DNA from: a virus
Strand: one strand, 5' to 3'
DNA: 64,000 nt
IMG/VR virus record: IMGVR_UViG_3300028361_000023
Coordinates: 9,817-73,816 of that record
Within the stretch, counting starts at the first letter, position 1; each line of letters begins with the position of its first letter. Positions 1 to 11,043 of the stretch are shown in pieces. The notes beneath the pieces were generated by a model. It had not been told where the DNA came from, searched no databases, and was given only the letters and a program-made list of their open reading frames with translations. A program made the translations under genes and the position numbers.

Positions 1-2
1 GT

Positions 3-3000
3 AAAGTTCTTACCGAATTTAACGAAGAATTTGCTTTAGACGTTAATACTAAAGATTTTGATGATAGTAAAAGATTTAAAGAAAGTACTTTAAAAGGAGA
101 ACAAGATTTAAAAAACAAAATAAATCAAATAATTAAAACACCAAAAGAACAAAGTTACTCTGGTTTTGATGTTTATTTTGATTTTCGTCAAATTGCTGGA
201 AAATTACATAGACATTTACAAAATACTAATAATAAAAATTTTATAAATAACTTTAGTGATCTTATTTTAATAGATAAAAGTTATGAAAAAATATTAAATA
301 AAGTTAATGAAGATGAAAATTTTAAAATAAAGTTAGCTAATTTTACAAATGTAGAATATATACAACCTAATCTTGATATAATTACTGTAAATTCAAAAGG
401 AATTACAAGTTACAAAACAGAAGATGAAACAAAAGGACAACAACCTGGAATTAAACTTGCTAATAGTTGGATAAATGAATATAAAAAAATAGTAACTATC
501 CGTGATTTACAAAAAGAAAATTTTTTAGACGAAATAACTGACATAGAAAAAGAATTTAAACAACATTTAATAGCAGAAGATTATAATAATGCTGCTAAAA
601 CTTTAGTAGAACTTTTTGCAAATATTAATATAAATATAACTAAAAATGATTTATCTAAATTTATAAAAATAAATCCTGAATTAATAATATCTGAATATTT
701 ATCACAACAATTTGATACTTATAAAGCATTTAAAGACTACGCTATTTCTTATGAAGGTGGCGATACAAAAACTACTTATCCAAATATAAATAAATTATTT
801 AGTCCTTTAAATAATTTTGCTGTTGATATGAGTATTGTAAGTTCTGAAGAAAAAGAATTAAGATACGCAGATGTTAATCAAAATATGTCTAGTGCTGTTG
901 TTTCTAACTACCATTTAAGAAGATTTTTTAATACACTTAAAGGAGATAATGGTAAAGCTTTTCTTGTTGAATCGTTACTTGAAAAAGGTATACAACATTC
1001 TAATTGGTTAATTAGTGGTAAAATAATTATACCTCAATCAGACAAAACAGAAATCATATTTGATAGTAATGGTATACCTGTAATTTTTGATATAAATAAA
1101 GAAGTTGTAAATATTATGATAGACCAACCACTTGCAGGTTCTGTTAATAAATTTACTAGACAAGGTAAAACGTATGAAGATTTCGTAGAAAAAGATTCTA
1201 TGATATTGCAATTTGTAAAATACGTAACGAATAAAGAAAAACTAACTACTAAAACTACTGGTATGAGTATTATAAATATGAATACTCCGTCAGAAGGTAA
1301 AGGTTTTGATTTAACTGTTCCTATAACAACTGTTATACCAAATATGGTAAACGAATTAGAACGAATTGAAAAAATAAACCAACCTAAAGTAGTTAAAAAA
1401 ATAGACCAAAGAGGTCTGCCTATAGAAAGAATATTTTCTATAGATGAACAAAAAGAAGCTGCCTTAAAGTACTTATTTATAGAGACTGAAACAATAGATA
1501 ATAAAGTTGTAGAAAAAAGAAATAGTCCTATACTACAAGCTTTTATGAATATAGCTTTACAAGAAATAGAAAGAATACAAGAAGCTAATGAAGATTTTGG
1601 AGATATACTTGATGGAAAAACTACAGATAGAACTCTTGATATTCCTAAAATGCAAATGTTTTATGATTATAAAACAAAAACCACAGTTAAAAAAGACGGA
1701 ACTAAAATAACTACTTTAATAAAAGGTAATAAATTTAAATTTAATACTTTATCTTATCTAAATGATTTTTTAATTAAAGAAGACGTAGATATAAATAAAC
1801 TAACTAAACAAGACATTATAATAAATGGTGTTTACACTAAGTTAGGTAAAATGTTAAGATACGAAATAATTAAAAATATAGCTAACAAAAGTTTAAACGC
1901 TAGTAAACAATATACAAAACTATATCCTGAATTAAAAAGTTTAAACAAGAATATTGATATTTTTAAAAACGATGCTGCTGAATTTGTTTTAAATTACGAA
2001 ATTACTCAAAATGAATTAAGTAATTTTGTTACAGGTAAATTAGGAGAATTTAAGTCTGGTGTAGATTTTATTAAAAGAAACAAAAAAACAACTACATTAG
2101 GTAAACCTCAAAACGTAGAAAACGAAAACGAACATTATGTTAGTTTGAATTTAAAAGACATAATAGTTGTTAGTCCTAATTTTAATATTCCTATAGAAAT
2201 TACAGATGCACAATCGGTAATAACACTTGGATTATTTGAAGAAAAATCTAAAAGAAGAGGTGCTCTTACTCCTAAAAGAAAAGAAGCTATAGAAAATATA
2301 AAAAATGGAATTAAAACAACTGAACAACTAAACCAATTAAAAAACTTTCATACTTCTTATAGATTTGATAAAAAAATAAATGGTAAAGGTTTAAATAGAA
2401 GAGTATCTAAACAAGTTAAAAATAGTGAATTAGTTGTTCATTCTTCTATGTTTCCTGGAACTCAATTTGGAGAGTTTATGAAATATATAGAAGAATTAGA
2501 AGAAAAAATAGGTAAAAAAATTCAAATAAATGTAAGTTCTGGTCAAAAGCATGGTACTTTTAAAGAAGTAGATATAGTAGACAAAGATGGAAATTTAGAC
2601 CTTAATGATATTACTAAAGAATTATTAGAAACTAGTTTAGATAACAAATATTATAGTGATGAAACAGAACAACTTAGTTACGAAGCTGAAGAAAAAAACC
2701 ACGATAATAATATAGGTTCTCAATTACATAAAGTATTATTAACTAATCTTAGTAATGATGCTGTATATGAAATAGGAAATAAAAAACTTACTGGTCCAGA
2801 AGTTCAAAAATTAATAGGAGAATTACGTTCTATTGATGTTGAAAACGCAGCAAAAGAAGTTGTTAAAGATTTAGAAGACGAAAATGGAAATGTAACAGAA
2901 TTAAGTTTAGCTAGTTTTTTAAGAAATCACGGACTTAAACAAGATTGGGCTAATAATATATTAGATATGTTACAAGAAGACAAAGAAAGAGGACAAACAT

Positions 3001-6000
3001 TGTTACCTTTTTATTTTAGTAGTGTTAATACTAAGATACAACAAGCTCTTACTTCTTTGTTTACTAATAACGTACTTAAAGAAAAATTTAATGGAAGTCA
3101 CAAGTTTCAATTTGCTAATTTTTTAACAGATAAAAAACCTATAACAGAAAGTGAAATTAAAGAAGAAGATTCTTTTAATAGTATAACATGGATAAATGGA
3201 AAAGTAGAAGAACTAACTTCTACTATTTTAGATGGTGAAAGTAGATTACATGCAAAAGTACTTCTACCTTTTACTATGAAAGAATTTATGACTAGTGATG
3301 TTAAAAATCTTGACAAAAAAGCTTTACAAATGTTAGGTTATAGAATACCAACAGAAGGTAAATACTCTGTTTATAGTTTTGAAGTGGTAGGATTTTTACC
3401 TGAAGCTTTAGGTAGTGCTGTAGTTTTACCTAACGATTGGATTGCTTTATCTGGCTCTGATTTTGATATAGATAGTTTATATATTGTTTCTTATTATCTT
3501 GATAATGAAGGTAAAGTTATAGAATATTTAGATGACACTAATAGTACTGTAGAAGAAAGATTTTATAAAGTAAATAAACCTAAACAATTTGAAAAATCTA
3601 AAAAGTTAGTTGAGTTATTAGAAAATAAAAACAAAACAACAGAAGAATTACTTACACAAATAAGAGAAGAATTAGAAGTTAATTTTAATTTTAAAGACTT
3701 AAATAATAAAGAAATCATAAAGCTATTAAAAATAGAGAGCACTAAAAGAGTAACTACTATTGCGGAAGCAAAACAAGAATTACAAAAAGCAGAAGATAAT
3801 AACAATAATTTAGAAGCTGTTTCTATATCTAAAACTATTAAAAACCAAACAGAAACTCTTAATTATCTTAATGATTTAAAAAACTTTTTCTTTGAAAATA
3901 GTAAAGATATATCTCAAGAGACTAATAATCTTTTTGAAAAAGAAATAAAAATCTCTAATGCTCAAAAATTTGAAGAATTTAAAAAACTTCCTATATCTAA
4001 GCAAAATACTAAATTTGCTAGAAAAAATCTAGTATTAGAAAGTTATCAAGAAATTATTTTAAACCCTAATTCACATGCAGAAATCAAAGAAAGATCTAGT
4101 TTTGATTCTATAAAACAAAGTACTACTCGACTTGAAAATCTTTTAAAAAGTAAAAATAAAGAAGAACTTCATCCTTATGATTTTTTTGATCAATTAAAAA
4201 CTACTAGTTTAGTTCTTGCAGGTAAAAAACTTAAAGGGATGGCTGTTCAATTAAAATCTACTACTGATATAGCAAATGCAGTAGGAGGCATAACGTTAAG
4301 TAAACCTTTACAAATAAAACTTAGTAAAAATCGAATAAAAGAAGTAGGCATTAAAAACATTAAAAAAGTATTCGGCAATTCTTTTAACGAAACTACAAGA
4401 ATACTTACTTTAAGTACTATAGGTAAAACAACAACTGGAAGTAATGTAAATATTGATAATATTTTTATAACAGGATTAACTTCTCAAACTACAGCATACA
4501 CTCTTGATATTGTTAAAGAAGGAGGCATTCCTGGAGTTACTACAGATACTCTTACTACTTTTGTTTTACCTGCTATGTTAGGTTTAGAAAATTATGATTT
4601 TTCTATAATGTTACTTAATCAACCAATAATTAAGTATTATTTAACACTAGAAGATAATGAAAAAGGTCATTTTAATACAGGAAACTACGCTAGTAATAGT
4701 CTTTATAGAGATTATAATAATCTTATTAATAGGGCTAAAAACCCAGAAAGTAAATTTGATAAATATATTAAAAAAGAAGACAGAATTAAATTATTAGAAT
4801 TAAATACTGTTCCTGATATAGAAGAACTAGAGAAAAACATAACTATTCAAAAACAAGGAGCTAAAAAAACTTTATCTAATGCTAAATATATAGAATACTT
4901 AGAAAACCAAATAGCTTTATTTAATTATTTTTTATCTGTTCAAGATATTAGTAAAGACATAGCAAATTTAAACGAAGTATTAAGTTATGATAAAATAGGA
5001 GGTGGTCCAACTTTAAATACTACTGTAAATCAAACTTATAAAGTTGTAGATATTGAAGGTAAATTTAGTATTAATGGTATTGATTTAGTAGAAGCTATAT
5101 TTGGTGAAAATTCTGTTTATCCTATGTTAAAAACATTTAAAGAACAAGTAAATGATACTAGTTATAATTTGTTTAAAGATTTCTTTATAACAGAAGGTGA
5201 CACTGTAGTTTCAGAAATTGTTTCTACTGTAAATGGTAAAGATAATCAAGAAGCATTAAAAAAATACATAGTAAATGTTTTTCTTATAGGCAGACCTTCT
5301 AGTCCTACTTATTTTGGCGAACTAGAAAACGATATGATAAGTAAAAGAAGAATACTTAATCCAAAAAACAAAGAAAATATCTCTGCTTTTGATTATCAAT
5401 ACGTAAATATAACTGATTTAAGTCAAAAGAATTTTGAAGTATTTCAAAGTCTTACAACTTCTAATAAATTAGATTTAATTAAAAATCAAATAAGTAAATT
5501 AATTTCAGAAACACAATTATTTGATGGTATTAATTTTAATCCTGAAATTAGACTAAAGTATGATAAGTTAAATTTAGATTTAGATAGTGATGTTGATATA
5601 CTTATAGAAGAATATAAGAAAGCATTAAATTCTAGTAATCCTTTTGTTAAAAATTTAGCTTACGAATTAATAGGTTATGAATACCTTACAACTGGTTTAG
5701 AGTTCGGTAAAGGATTAGCTAAAATAATACCTGCTGAAGTTTTTAGACAAAAACAAAGTGTAGTTGGTAATTTAGACATAAATGGAACCCTTAGAGACAT
5801 ACATAACAAGCTTAAAAATAAAACATACCCTGATCTTTTTGACGTATTAGATGGTTTTTTAAGAAGCAATTATAGTAATGATACTCTTGTTCCTACTTTA
5901 AGCCGTGAAATTAAAGATAATATAAAAAAAGGAGTAGAAAAAGATACTATTTTTAATCTTGATGATTTACCTATAAAAATACAAAAAAATACAATATTTA

Positions 6001-9000
6001 AATATGTAAATAAAGACCAAGAAACTACTGAACTATATAAAAAATTTACAAATGAAAATGATGTATTTTTTAGAGAAGTAAATAAATTAGAAAAATTTGA
6101 AAAAGGGGATGAAAGTTATTATAAACCTAATAATACAGTTAATACTGCTGATACTTTTATGGATAACTTTCAAGAATCTTTATTACATAACAACAATGAA
6201 GCAGTAAGAGAAGCTTTAGTTAAGCAATTTGAAGCTGCTAATTATTCTAAAATAACAGGAGAGTTAGAACATTTTACTAAAGAATTTTTTCATAGGTCTA
6301 TAAAACAAGATTTTACTAAACTAACTGAAAGAGAATTATACTTATCTATTTATGGTAATATAAAGAAAAAACCTTTATTACAAGATATAGTAATGGTTGA
6401 AAATATTCAAATTAATAAATTACCACTAAGTGATCTTGCAAAACTAGCTAAAAGATTTGAGGATAAGTTAGATTTAAGTGATATTGATTTAGTTTCTTTA
6501 CCTGTTTATAAAAAAATAGAAGAACTAGATACCGAAGGTTTATATAGAGGATTACTTCAAATATATTTATACAATCAAGAAAAATCTATATTTCTTAAAG
6601 ACAAACTTGATAAATTAAATATAGATGAAAATACTCTTAATAATCCAAGTAGTAAAAAAGAAGCTACAAAAATATTAGACGAATTAAAAAGATTTGTAGA
6701 AAGTTATAAAGATTTTGAAAATCTTAAATTTTATAAACAAGAAGAAGATACAAATAAACTAAATATACTTCAACAAAAAATAAATACAGTTATAGGTAAA
6801 ATTCAAGATCAAAAAAATCAAATAGAAAATCTTGATGCTAATAGAGATATTAAATTTACCCAACTGCTTGTAGAACTTTACAAGAAAAACTCAACACAAG
6901 ACATAGGTAAAAACGATGAAGAAGTCAAAAATTTTGTAATAAATTCATTAAAGCAACTACACGATATAAGTTTTTTTGCTGAAAAAGGAGATACTATATT
7001 CGATTCTGGTCAAGCTTTTATTAGTATATTAGGAAAAGAAATAAGAACTAATATGGCAGAAGGAAATATAACACAACTTGACTTATTAAAAGAATGGAAT
7101 ACGATATATAAAAAAATAGGAAAAATAGAAAATATACTTGAAACAAAAGAAGTTACAGACGTAAAAGGAACTAGAACTATTAATACTGGTAAATGGGACA
7201 TAACTAAAACAGATGCTATAGGAAAAGAAGTTACAGCTTTTTTTGTTAAACTACAAAAATTAGCTATAGAAGTGTCTCCTGATGGAAGTATTGCACAGGG
7301 TTATTTACCTTCTATACCTAATTTAAAAGGAGACAGTTTAGATACTTTTATAAAAAATAGTTTATCTTATTATGATGATATTTCTTTAAATAATAAAAAT
7401 AATGTAAAAGACAGTTTAGGTACTAAATTTAGTAATATAACATTACCTTTTGATACTCTAATTGTTAAAAAGAAAAGTATAACTTATAGGAAACAAGAAA
7501 AAGACGAAAGTATAGGAGAATATAATTCTAGTGTAATACATGATGTATTTATAACTACTGGTAAAACTTTTAACAGTGTTAAAGACATTAGAACATATAA
7601 TAAACTTGTTGCTGATAGAAATAAAAAACTTAAAAGCGATCTTCATGGTGAAAATATAGACTATAATATGGCAGAAATTATTCCTATATTTATAGAAAAA
7701 ATTACACAAACTAAAAGTAAAGCAGATAATGTAGACTTAGCTAGACTTCTTGTAAATGAAGTTAAAAGCAGAAAAAATATCAAAAAATCTAGACATGAAA
7801 GTTACTTAAACTTAGCTGCTAAAAGGTTTTCTACAAAAGCAGAAGATACTGTAGATGGTAAAAATGCTAAAATAGTTGAACAACTCGATTGGATGCTTGA
7901 TAATACTTTTTATGACGATAAAAATAGAAGTGGAAACGATGCTACTAAATATGGAAGAGTTTTAAGAAACTACACATCTTTATTAGGTATGGGTTTTAAT
8001 GTTTTTAGTGGTCTTAATAACATTATTTATGGGCGTATGCAAACTGCTTTTAAAGCATTAGGTAAAGACGATTATTCTCATAAACATTGGAGAAAAGCAG
8101 GCAAATTATATTATAGAGATGGTGCTTTAGGTAGTTATATAGCAGATGCAGGAAGAAAAGATCAAAAAGTTACAAGTAAACAAAGCGGTATATTTAATTT
8201 ATTTAATATATTAAATAATCAAACTGAAGTTCCTGAACATGGTAAAATAGATCTTACAGCAGAAGAAGATAAGAATAGTATGAAAGCAATAGTTAAAAAT
8301 AATTTTTCTGTACAAATATTAAACAATATAGGAGAACATGCTTTACAAAATAAACTATTAATTGCAATGTTATTAAGTCATAAAATTGTAGATAATAGAG
8401 CAGTTAGTTTTAAACAGTTTATTAATAACAAACTTACTAAAGTTGAAGGTACTATAGAAGAAAAAAAGAAAATTATAGAGAACAACAAATCCGTAGAAAA
8501 AAAGGCGTTAGAAGAATTTGAAAAACTAGATAGTGTTTATAGTTTGTTTGAGTTTAATAAAGAAGAAGGTTATATTAATTGGGATAAAAGTAAACTTACT
8601 AAAAAAGCTTTTGGAGAATTAAGAGAAAAAATACTAAGAAAAAATCACGATCTTCATGGTATTTATAATCAAGAAGATTTATCTGTTATTCATGCTTATG
8701 AAATAGGTAGACTCGTTATGATGTTTCGTAAATGGATGAGACCTGGTTGGAATAAGCGTTTTGGTAGTCATTTTTTAAAAGAAGGTGGTTATAGAGAATT
8801 AGCACAAACTGAAGATAAGGGAACTTATACTAGTTTATATGAATTTGGTACGTCTGCCTATAGAGAAAATAATTTCTCTCAAAACCGTGAAGAGTTTAAT
8901 ACTTTAGCAGCAGTAAGTGCTCTAGTAAGAGATCATATTCTTTTTGTTAAAAATGCAGGTTTTCATTATAATAGTCTTTCTTATAACGATAGAGCTAGAG

Positions 9001-9431
9001 TTAAAGAATCTACAATAGAACTTGTTACGTGGTTTACAAGTATAGGATTATTTGCAGCACTTAAAGGGTGGGGAGAAGACGACGAAGAATTAAAAGAAGC
9101 TTATTTATATAATATGGGTGTTTATCAATTAGATAGATTATCTGTTGAACTCGGTACTTATACTCCTATATATGGTTGGTTTAATGAAGGTCTTAAACTT
9201 TCTGCTTCTCCTTCTGCTAATTCAAATACAGTTTTAAAATTAATAAAACTTATACAAGCTGGTGCAAATTTAAGTGATTTTGAGATTGATCCTACTGATG
9301 TATATAGAGGAGGTAAGTATAAAGAAGAACTTAAAGTTAAAATAAAAGCTATGCAATTAGTTCCTTTTGCTACTCAATATATGAGAATAAAATACCTTAA
9401 AGAAAATAACAAAGCTTTTGCGTTAATGTAA
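3..9431 (+). CDS. Giant virion-packaged RNA polymerase of crAss-like phages (5'-truncated, >3100 aa)
   Basis: The frame is open from base 3 with no stop before the listed Met at 828. It contains GYRIPTEGKYS...GSDFDIDSLY (DFDID at 3459-3473), the catalytic motif of crAss-like RNAPs such as phi14:2 gp66. Confidence 0.93.
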   Translation, partial: KVLTEFNEEFALDVNTKDFDDSKRFKESTLKGEQDLKNKINQIIKTPKEQSYSGFDVYFDFRQIAGKLHRHLQNTNNKNFINNFSDLILIDKSYEKILNKVNEDENFKIKLANFTNVEYIQPNLDIITVNSKGITSYKTEDETKGQQPGIKLANSWINEYKKIVTIRDLQKENFLDEITDIEKEFKQHLIAEDYNNAAKTLVELFANININITKNDLSKFIKINPELIISEYLSQQFDTYKAFKDYAISYEGGDTKTTYPNINKLFSPLNNFAVDMSIVSSEEKELRYADVNQNMSSAVVSNYHLRRFFNTLKGDNGKAFLVESLLEKGIQHSNWLISGKIIIPQSDKTEIIFDSNGIPVIFDINKEVVNIMIDQPLAGSVNKFTRQGKTYEDFVEKDSMILQFVKYVTNKEKLTTKTTGMSIINMNTPSEGKGFDLTVPITTVIPNMVNELERIEKINQPKVVKKIDQRGLPIERIFSIDEQKEAALKYLFIETETIDNKVVEKRNSPILQAFMNIALQEIERIQEANEDFGDILDGKTTDRTLDIPKMQMFYDYKTKTTVKKDGTKITTLIKGNKFKFNTLSYLNDFLIKEDVDINKLTKQDIIINGVYTKLGKMLRYEIIKNIANKSLNASKQYTKLYPELKSLNKNIDIFKNDAAEFVLNYEITQNELSNFVTGKLGEFKSGVDFIKRNKKTTTLGKPQNVENENEHYVSLNLKDIIVVSPNFNIPIEITDAQSVITLGLFEEKSKRRGALTPKRKEAIENIKNGIKTTEQLNQLKNFHTSYRFDKKINGKGLNRRVSKQVKNSELVVHSSMFPGTQFGEFMKYIEELEEKIGKKIQINVSSGQKHGTFKEVDIVDKDGNLDLNDITKELLETSLDNKYYSDETEQLSYEAEEKNHDNNIGSQLHKVLLTNLSNDAVYEIGNKKLTGPEVQKLIGELRSIDVENAAKEVVKDLEDENGNVTELSLASFLRNHGLKQDWANNILDMLQEDKERGQTLLPFYFSSVNTKIQQALTSLFTNNVLKEKFNGSHKFQFANFLTDKKPITESEIKEEDSFNSITWINGKVEELTSTILDGESRLHAKVLLPFTMKEFMTSDVKNLDKKALQMLGYRIPTEGKYSVYSFEVVGFLPEALGSAVVLPNDWIALSGSDFDIDSLYIVSYYLDNEGKVIEYLDDTNSTVEERFYKVNKPKQFEKSKKLVELLENKNKTTEELLTQIREELEVNFNFKDLNNKEIIKLLKIESTKRVTTIAEAKQELQKAEDNNNNLEAVSISKTIKNQTETLNYLNDLKNFFFENSKDISQETNNLFEKEIKISNAQKFEEFKKLPISKQNTKFARKNLVLESYQEIILNPNSHAEIKERSSFDSIKQSTTRLENLLKSKNKEELHPYDFFDQLKTTSLVLAGKKLKGMAVQLKSTTDIANAVGGITLSKPLQIKLSKNRIKEVGIKNIKKVFGNSFNETTRILTLSTIGKTTTGSNVNIDNIFITGLTSQTTAYTLDIVKEGGIPGVTTDTLTTFVLPAMLGLENYDFSIMLLNQPIIKYYLTLEDNEKGHFNTGNYASNSLYRDYNNLINRAKNPESKFDKYIKKEDRIKLLELNTVPDIEELEKNITIQKQGAKKTLSNAKYIEYLENQIALFNYFLSVQDISKDIANLNEVLSYDKIGGGPTLNTTVNQTYKVVDIEGKFSINGIDLVEAIFGENSVYPMLKTFKEQVNDTSYNLFKDFFITEGDTVVSEIVSTVNGKDNQEALKKYIVNVFLIGRPSSPTYFGELENDMISKRRILNPKNKENISAFDYQYVNITDLSQKNFEVFQSLTTSNKLDLIKNQISKLISETQLFDGINFNPEIRLKYDKLNLDLDSDVDILIEEYKKALNSSNPFVKNLAYELIGYEYLTTGLEFGKGLAKIIPAEVFRQKQSVVGNLDINGTLRDIHNKLKNKTYPDLFDVLDGFLRSNYSNDTLVPTLSREIKDNIKKGVEKDTIFNLDDLPIKIQKNTIFKYVNKDQETTELYKKFTNENDVFFREVNKLEKFEKGDESYYKPNNTVNTADTFMDNFQESLLHNNNEAVREALVKQFEAANYSKITGELEHFTKEFFHRSIKQDFTKLTERELYLSIYGNIKKKPLLQDIVMVENIQINKLPLSDLAKLAKRFEDKLDLSDIDLVSLPVYKKIEELDTEGLYRGLLQIYLYNQEKSIFLKDKLDKLNIDENTLNNPSSKKEATKILDELKRFVESYKDFENLKFYKQEEDTNKLNILQQKINTVIGKIQDQKNQIENLDANRDIKFTQLLVELYKKNSTQDIGKNDEEVKNFVINSLKQLHDISFFAEKGDTIFDSGQAFISILGKEIRTNMAEGNITQLDLLKEWNTIYKKIGKIENILETKEVTDVKGTRTINTGKWDITKTDAIGKEVTAFFVKLQKLAIEVSPDGSIAQGYLPSIPNLKGDSLDTFIKNSLSYYDDISLNNKNNVKDSLGTKFSNITLPFDTLIVKKKSITYRKQEKDESIGEYNSSVIHDVFITTGKTFNSVKDIRTYNKLVADRNKKLKSDLHGENIDYNMAEIIPIFIEKITQTKSKADNVDLARLLVNEVKSRKNIKKSRHESYLNLAAKRFSTKAEDTVDGKNAKIVEQLDWMLDNTFYDDKNRSGNDATKYGRVLRNYTSLLGMGFNVFSGLNNIIYGRMQTAFKALGKDDYSHKHWRKAGKLYYRDGALGSYIADAGRKDQKVTSKQSGIFNLFNILNNQTEVPEHGKIDLTAEEDKNSMKAIVKNNFSVQILNNIGEHALQNKLLIAMLLSHKIVDNRAVSFKQFINNKLTKVEGTIEEKKKIIENNKSVEKKALEEFEKLDSVYSLFEFNKEEGYINWDKSKLTKKAFGELREKILRKNHDLHGIYNQEDLSVIHAYEIGRLVMMFRKWMRPGWNKRFGSHFLKEGGYRELAQTEDKGTYTSLYEFGTSAYRENNFSQNREEFNTLAAVSALVRDHILFVKNAGFHYNSLSYNDRARVKESTIELVTWFTSIGLFAALKGWGEDDEELKEAYLYNMGVYQLDRLSVELGTYTPIYGWFNEGLKLSASPSANSNTVLKLIKLIQAGANLSDFEIDPTDVYRGGKYKEELKVKIKAMQLVPFATQYMRIKYLKENNKAFALM

Positions 9432-9459
9432 TTCTTAATGTAATTTGTTAATTATTGTT

Positions 9460-9500
9460 AGTAAAGTAACCCTATACTTATAGTATAGGGATTACTTACT
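9460..9500. terminator. Hairpin terminator between convergent transcription blocks
   Basis: AAGTAACCCTATACT-TAT-AGTATAGGGATTACTT inverted repeat lies between the + strand RNAP gene and the - strand block. Confidence 0.75.
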
Positions 9501-9578
9501 TGAACCAACGTTTACTGGTATCTTTGTATGTACGATAGTACAGGATGAAAAATTCTACGCCACGTATGACACCTTAAT

Positions 9579-9797
9579 TTACGTTAAATTATACTTTTTA
9601 GCAAAATAATTAACGACTTCTGGAATATGTTTTTTGTAATAAGGTTGATTATCTTTACACCACTTTTTTAATTCTGTTTTATTTGTTATCTTAGCTAACC
9701 AAGATTCTCCTATTTGTATAGAGTGTAACATAGGTTCTAATTCATCAATAAAATTTTGAACAGTCCAACCTTCCCAAATGTGTTTATTTAAATTCAT
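9579..9797 (-). CDS. Hypothetical protein
   Basis: 72 aa ORF tightly packed against dcd. Confidence 0.75.
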   Translation of the reverse strand: MNLNKHIWEGWTVQNFIDELEPMLHSIQIGESWLAKITNKTELKKWCKDNQPYYKKHIPEVVNYFAKKYNLT

Positions 9798-9798
9798 A

Positions 9799-10338
9799 TT
9801 ATATATTAAAATTTTTAAACATTTTACTTTCTACTGGTTTACCTTCTTGATTTTGATATTTAGAAGTACTTTTACTACCGTAAGGATTATTAATATTACC
9901 AACAACTTCATGATAATATATTTGAGCTATTGGTACATTAGGATATATCTTTAAAGGTCTTTGAACTATTATTTCTAATGTCCAATGTCCTTTAAAACCT
10001 ACATCACCTTTACCTGCTGTAATATGTATCATCATACCTAAACGACCAATAGAAGACTTACCATCAATGATAGGTAGATGTTCTAAAGTTTCAGTATATT
10101 CAACAGTAGAACCTAAATATAACCAACCAGGATGTAATGTATAACCTTCTTCAGGAATTTCAAAATGTTTAATCTTATTATGATCTTTCATATCAAGACT
10201 AAGTTTTTTATAAGTAGCTAGATGTTTACTTAAATGTAAATCATAACTATTAGGTCCAAGATTTGCAATGTTAAAAGGTTCTATAATTATAGAACCTTTT
10301 TCTTTTTTTCTTATTATTTCACTATCACTTAATATCAT
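9799..10338 (-). CDS. dcd: dCTP deaminase
   Basis: MILSD start, GPNSYDLHL, GKSSIGRLG, AGKGDVGFKGHWTLEI and C-terminal KYQNQ motifs. Confidence 0.93.
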   Translation of the reverse strand: MILSDSEIIRKKEKGSIIIEPFNIANLGPNSYDLHLSKHLATYKKLSLDMKDHNKIKHFEIPEEGYTLHPGWLYLGSTVEYTETLEHLPIIDGKSSIGRLGMMIHITAGKGDVGFKGHWTLEIIVQRPLKIYPNVPIAQIYYHEVVGNINNPYGSKSTSKYQNQEGKPVESKMFKNFNI

Positions 10339-10339
10339 A

Positions 10340-11041
10340 TTAATTTAACGTATTTATAAATTCGTAAAGTTTTTTATTCCATTTTGCATCATCTAAACTA
10401 TTATGTTCATTGCTTTGTGTAGGGTATTTACTATTAGTTTTTAAGTATTTTAATTTACTTTCTAAAGTTAAATTAGAGTGTTGGTCATCATCATAAATTT
10501 TTGCTGCTTCATTAAGTGTTACTTTTAAATCGTTGCTAAACATAGGAAAACCCTTAGGCAAATTTAACATTCTACCAAATATCCAACAAAACACAACCCA
10601 ATCATAATTACCATAATAACCATAAAATTCAATAGGATCGTCAGGAAGAAGAGTATCTAATTGTAAAGCTCCATTTACAGTATAATCATTATAAACATAA
10701 TGTGTAATTTCTTCTTTAATAGTTTTTTTAGGCTTACCTATTTTATTTATACAAGCTTTAAAGTTATCTAAAGTAAAATTAAAAGTAGCTTTTTGTGGTA
10801 CATATTCTCTAAAAATAGAATAAAGAACATTATTTCTAATCCAGTAGTTATCTTTTTCTTTGTCTTTAGAATCATTCCTGTACCAAGCTTCGTAAATATC
10901 AAATTCATTACTTATAGCATAGTAAGTATTTCCATTAGTATTAGTTATTCCTATACTGATAAGGTCTATAGTAGGATCGCTATGTGTTTTACTTATTGTT
11001 TTAGTTCCTTCTAAGAACTCTGTGTCAAAAAAATATTTCAT
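10340..11041 (-). CDS. DEDDh 3'-5' exoribonuclease (Rv2179c/RNase AS-like)
   Basis: FFDTEF, DLISIG, YDWVVFCWIFG.M..LP.GFP and HNSLDDAKW motifs. Confidence 0.85.
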   Translation of the reverse strand: MKYFFDTEFLEGTKTISKTHSDPTIDLISIGITNTNGNTYYAISNEFDIYEAWYRNDSKDKEKDNYWIRNNVLYSIFREYVPQKATFNFTLDNFKACINKIGKPKKTIKEEITHYVYNDYTVNGALQLDTLLPDDPIEFYGYYGNYDWVVFCWIFGRMLNLPKGFPMFSNDLKVTLNEAAKIYDDDQHSNLTLESKLKYLKTNSKYPTQSNEHNSLDDAKWNKKLYEFINTLN

Positions 11042-11043
11042 TA

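Noticed and set aside
3107-7709. Short antisense ORFs inside the RNAP gene
   Set aside because: They are shadow frames of Lys/Glu-rich coding sequence with no motifs.
9503-9575. tRNA gene
   Set aside because: Too short, with no D-loop GG or properly placed TTC loop.
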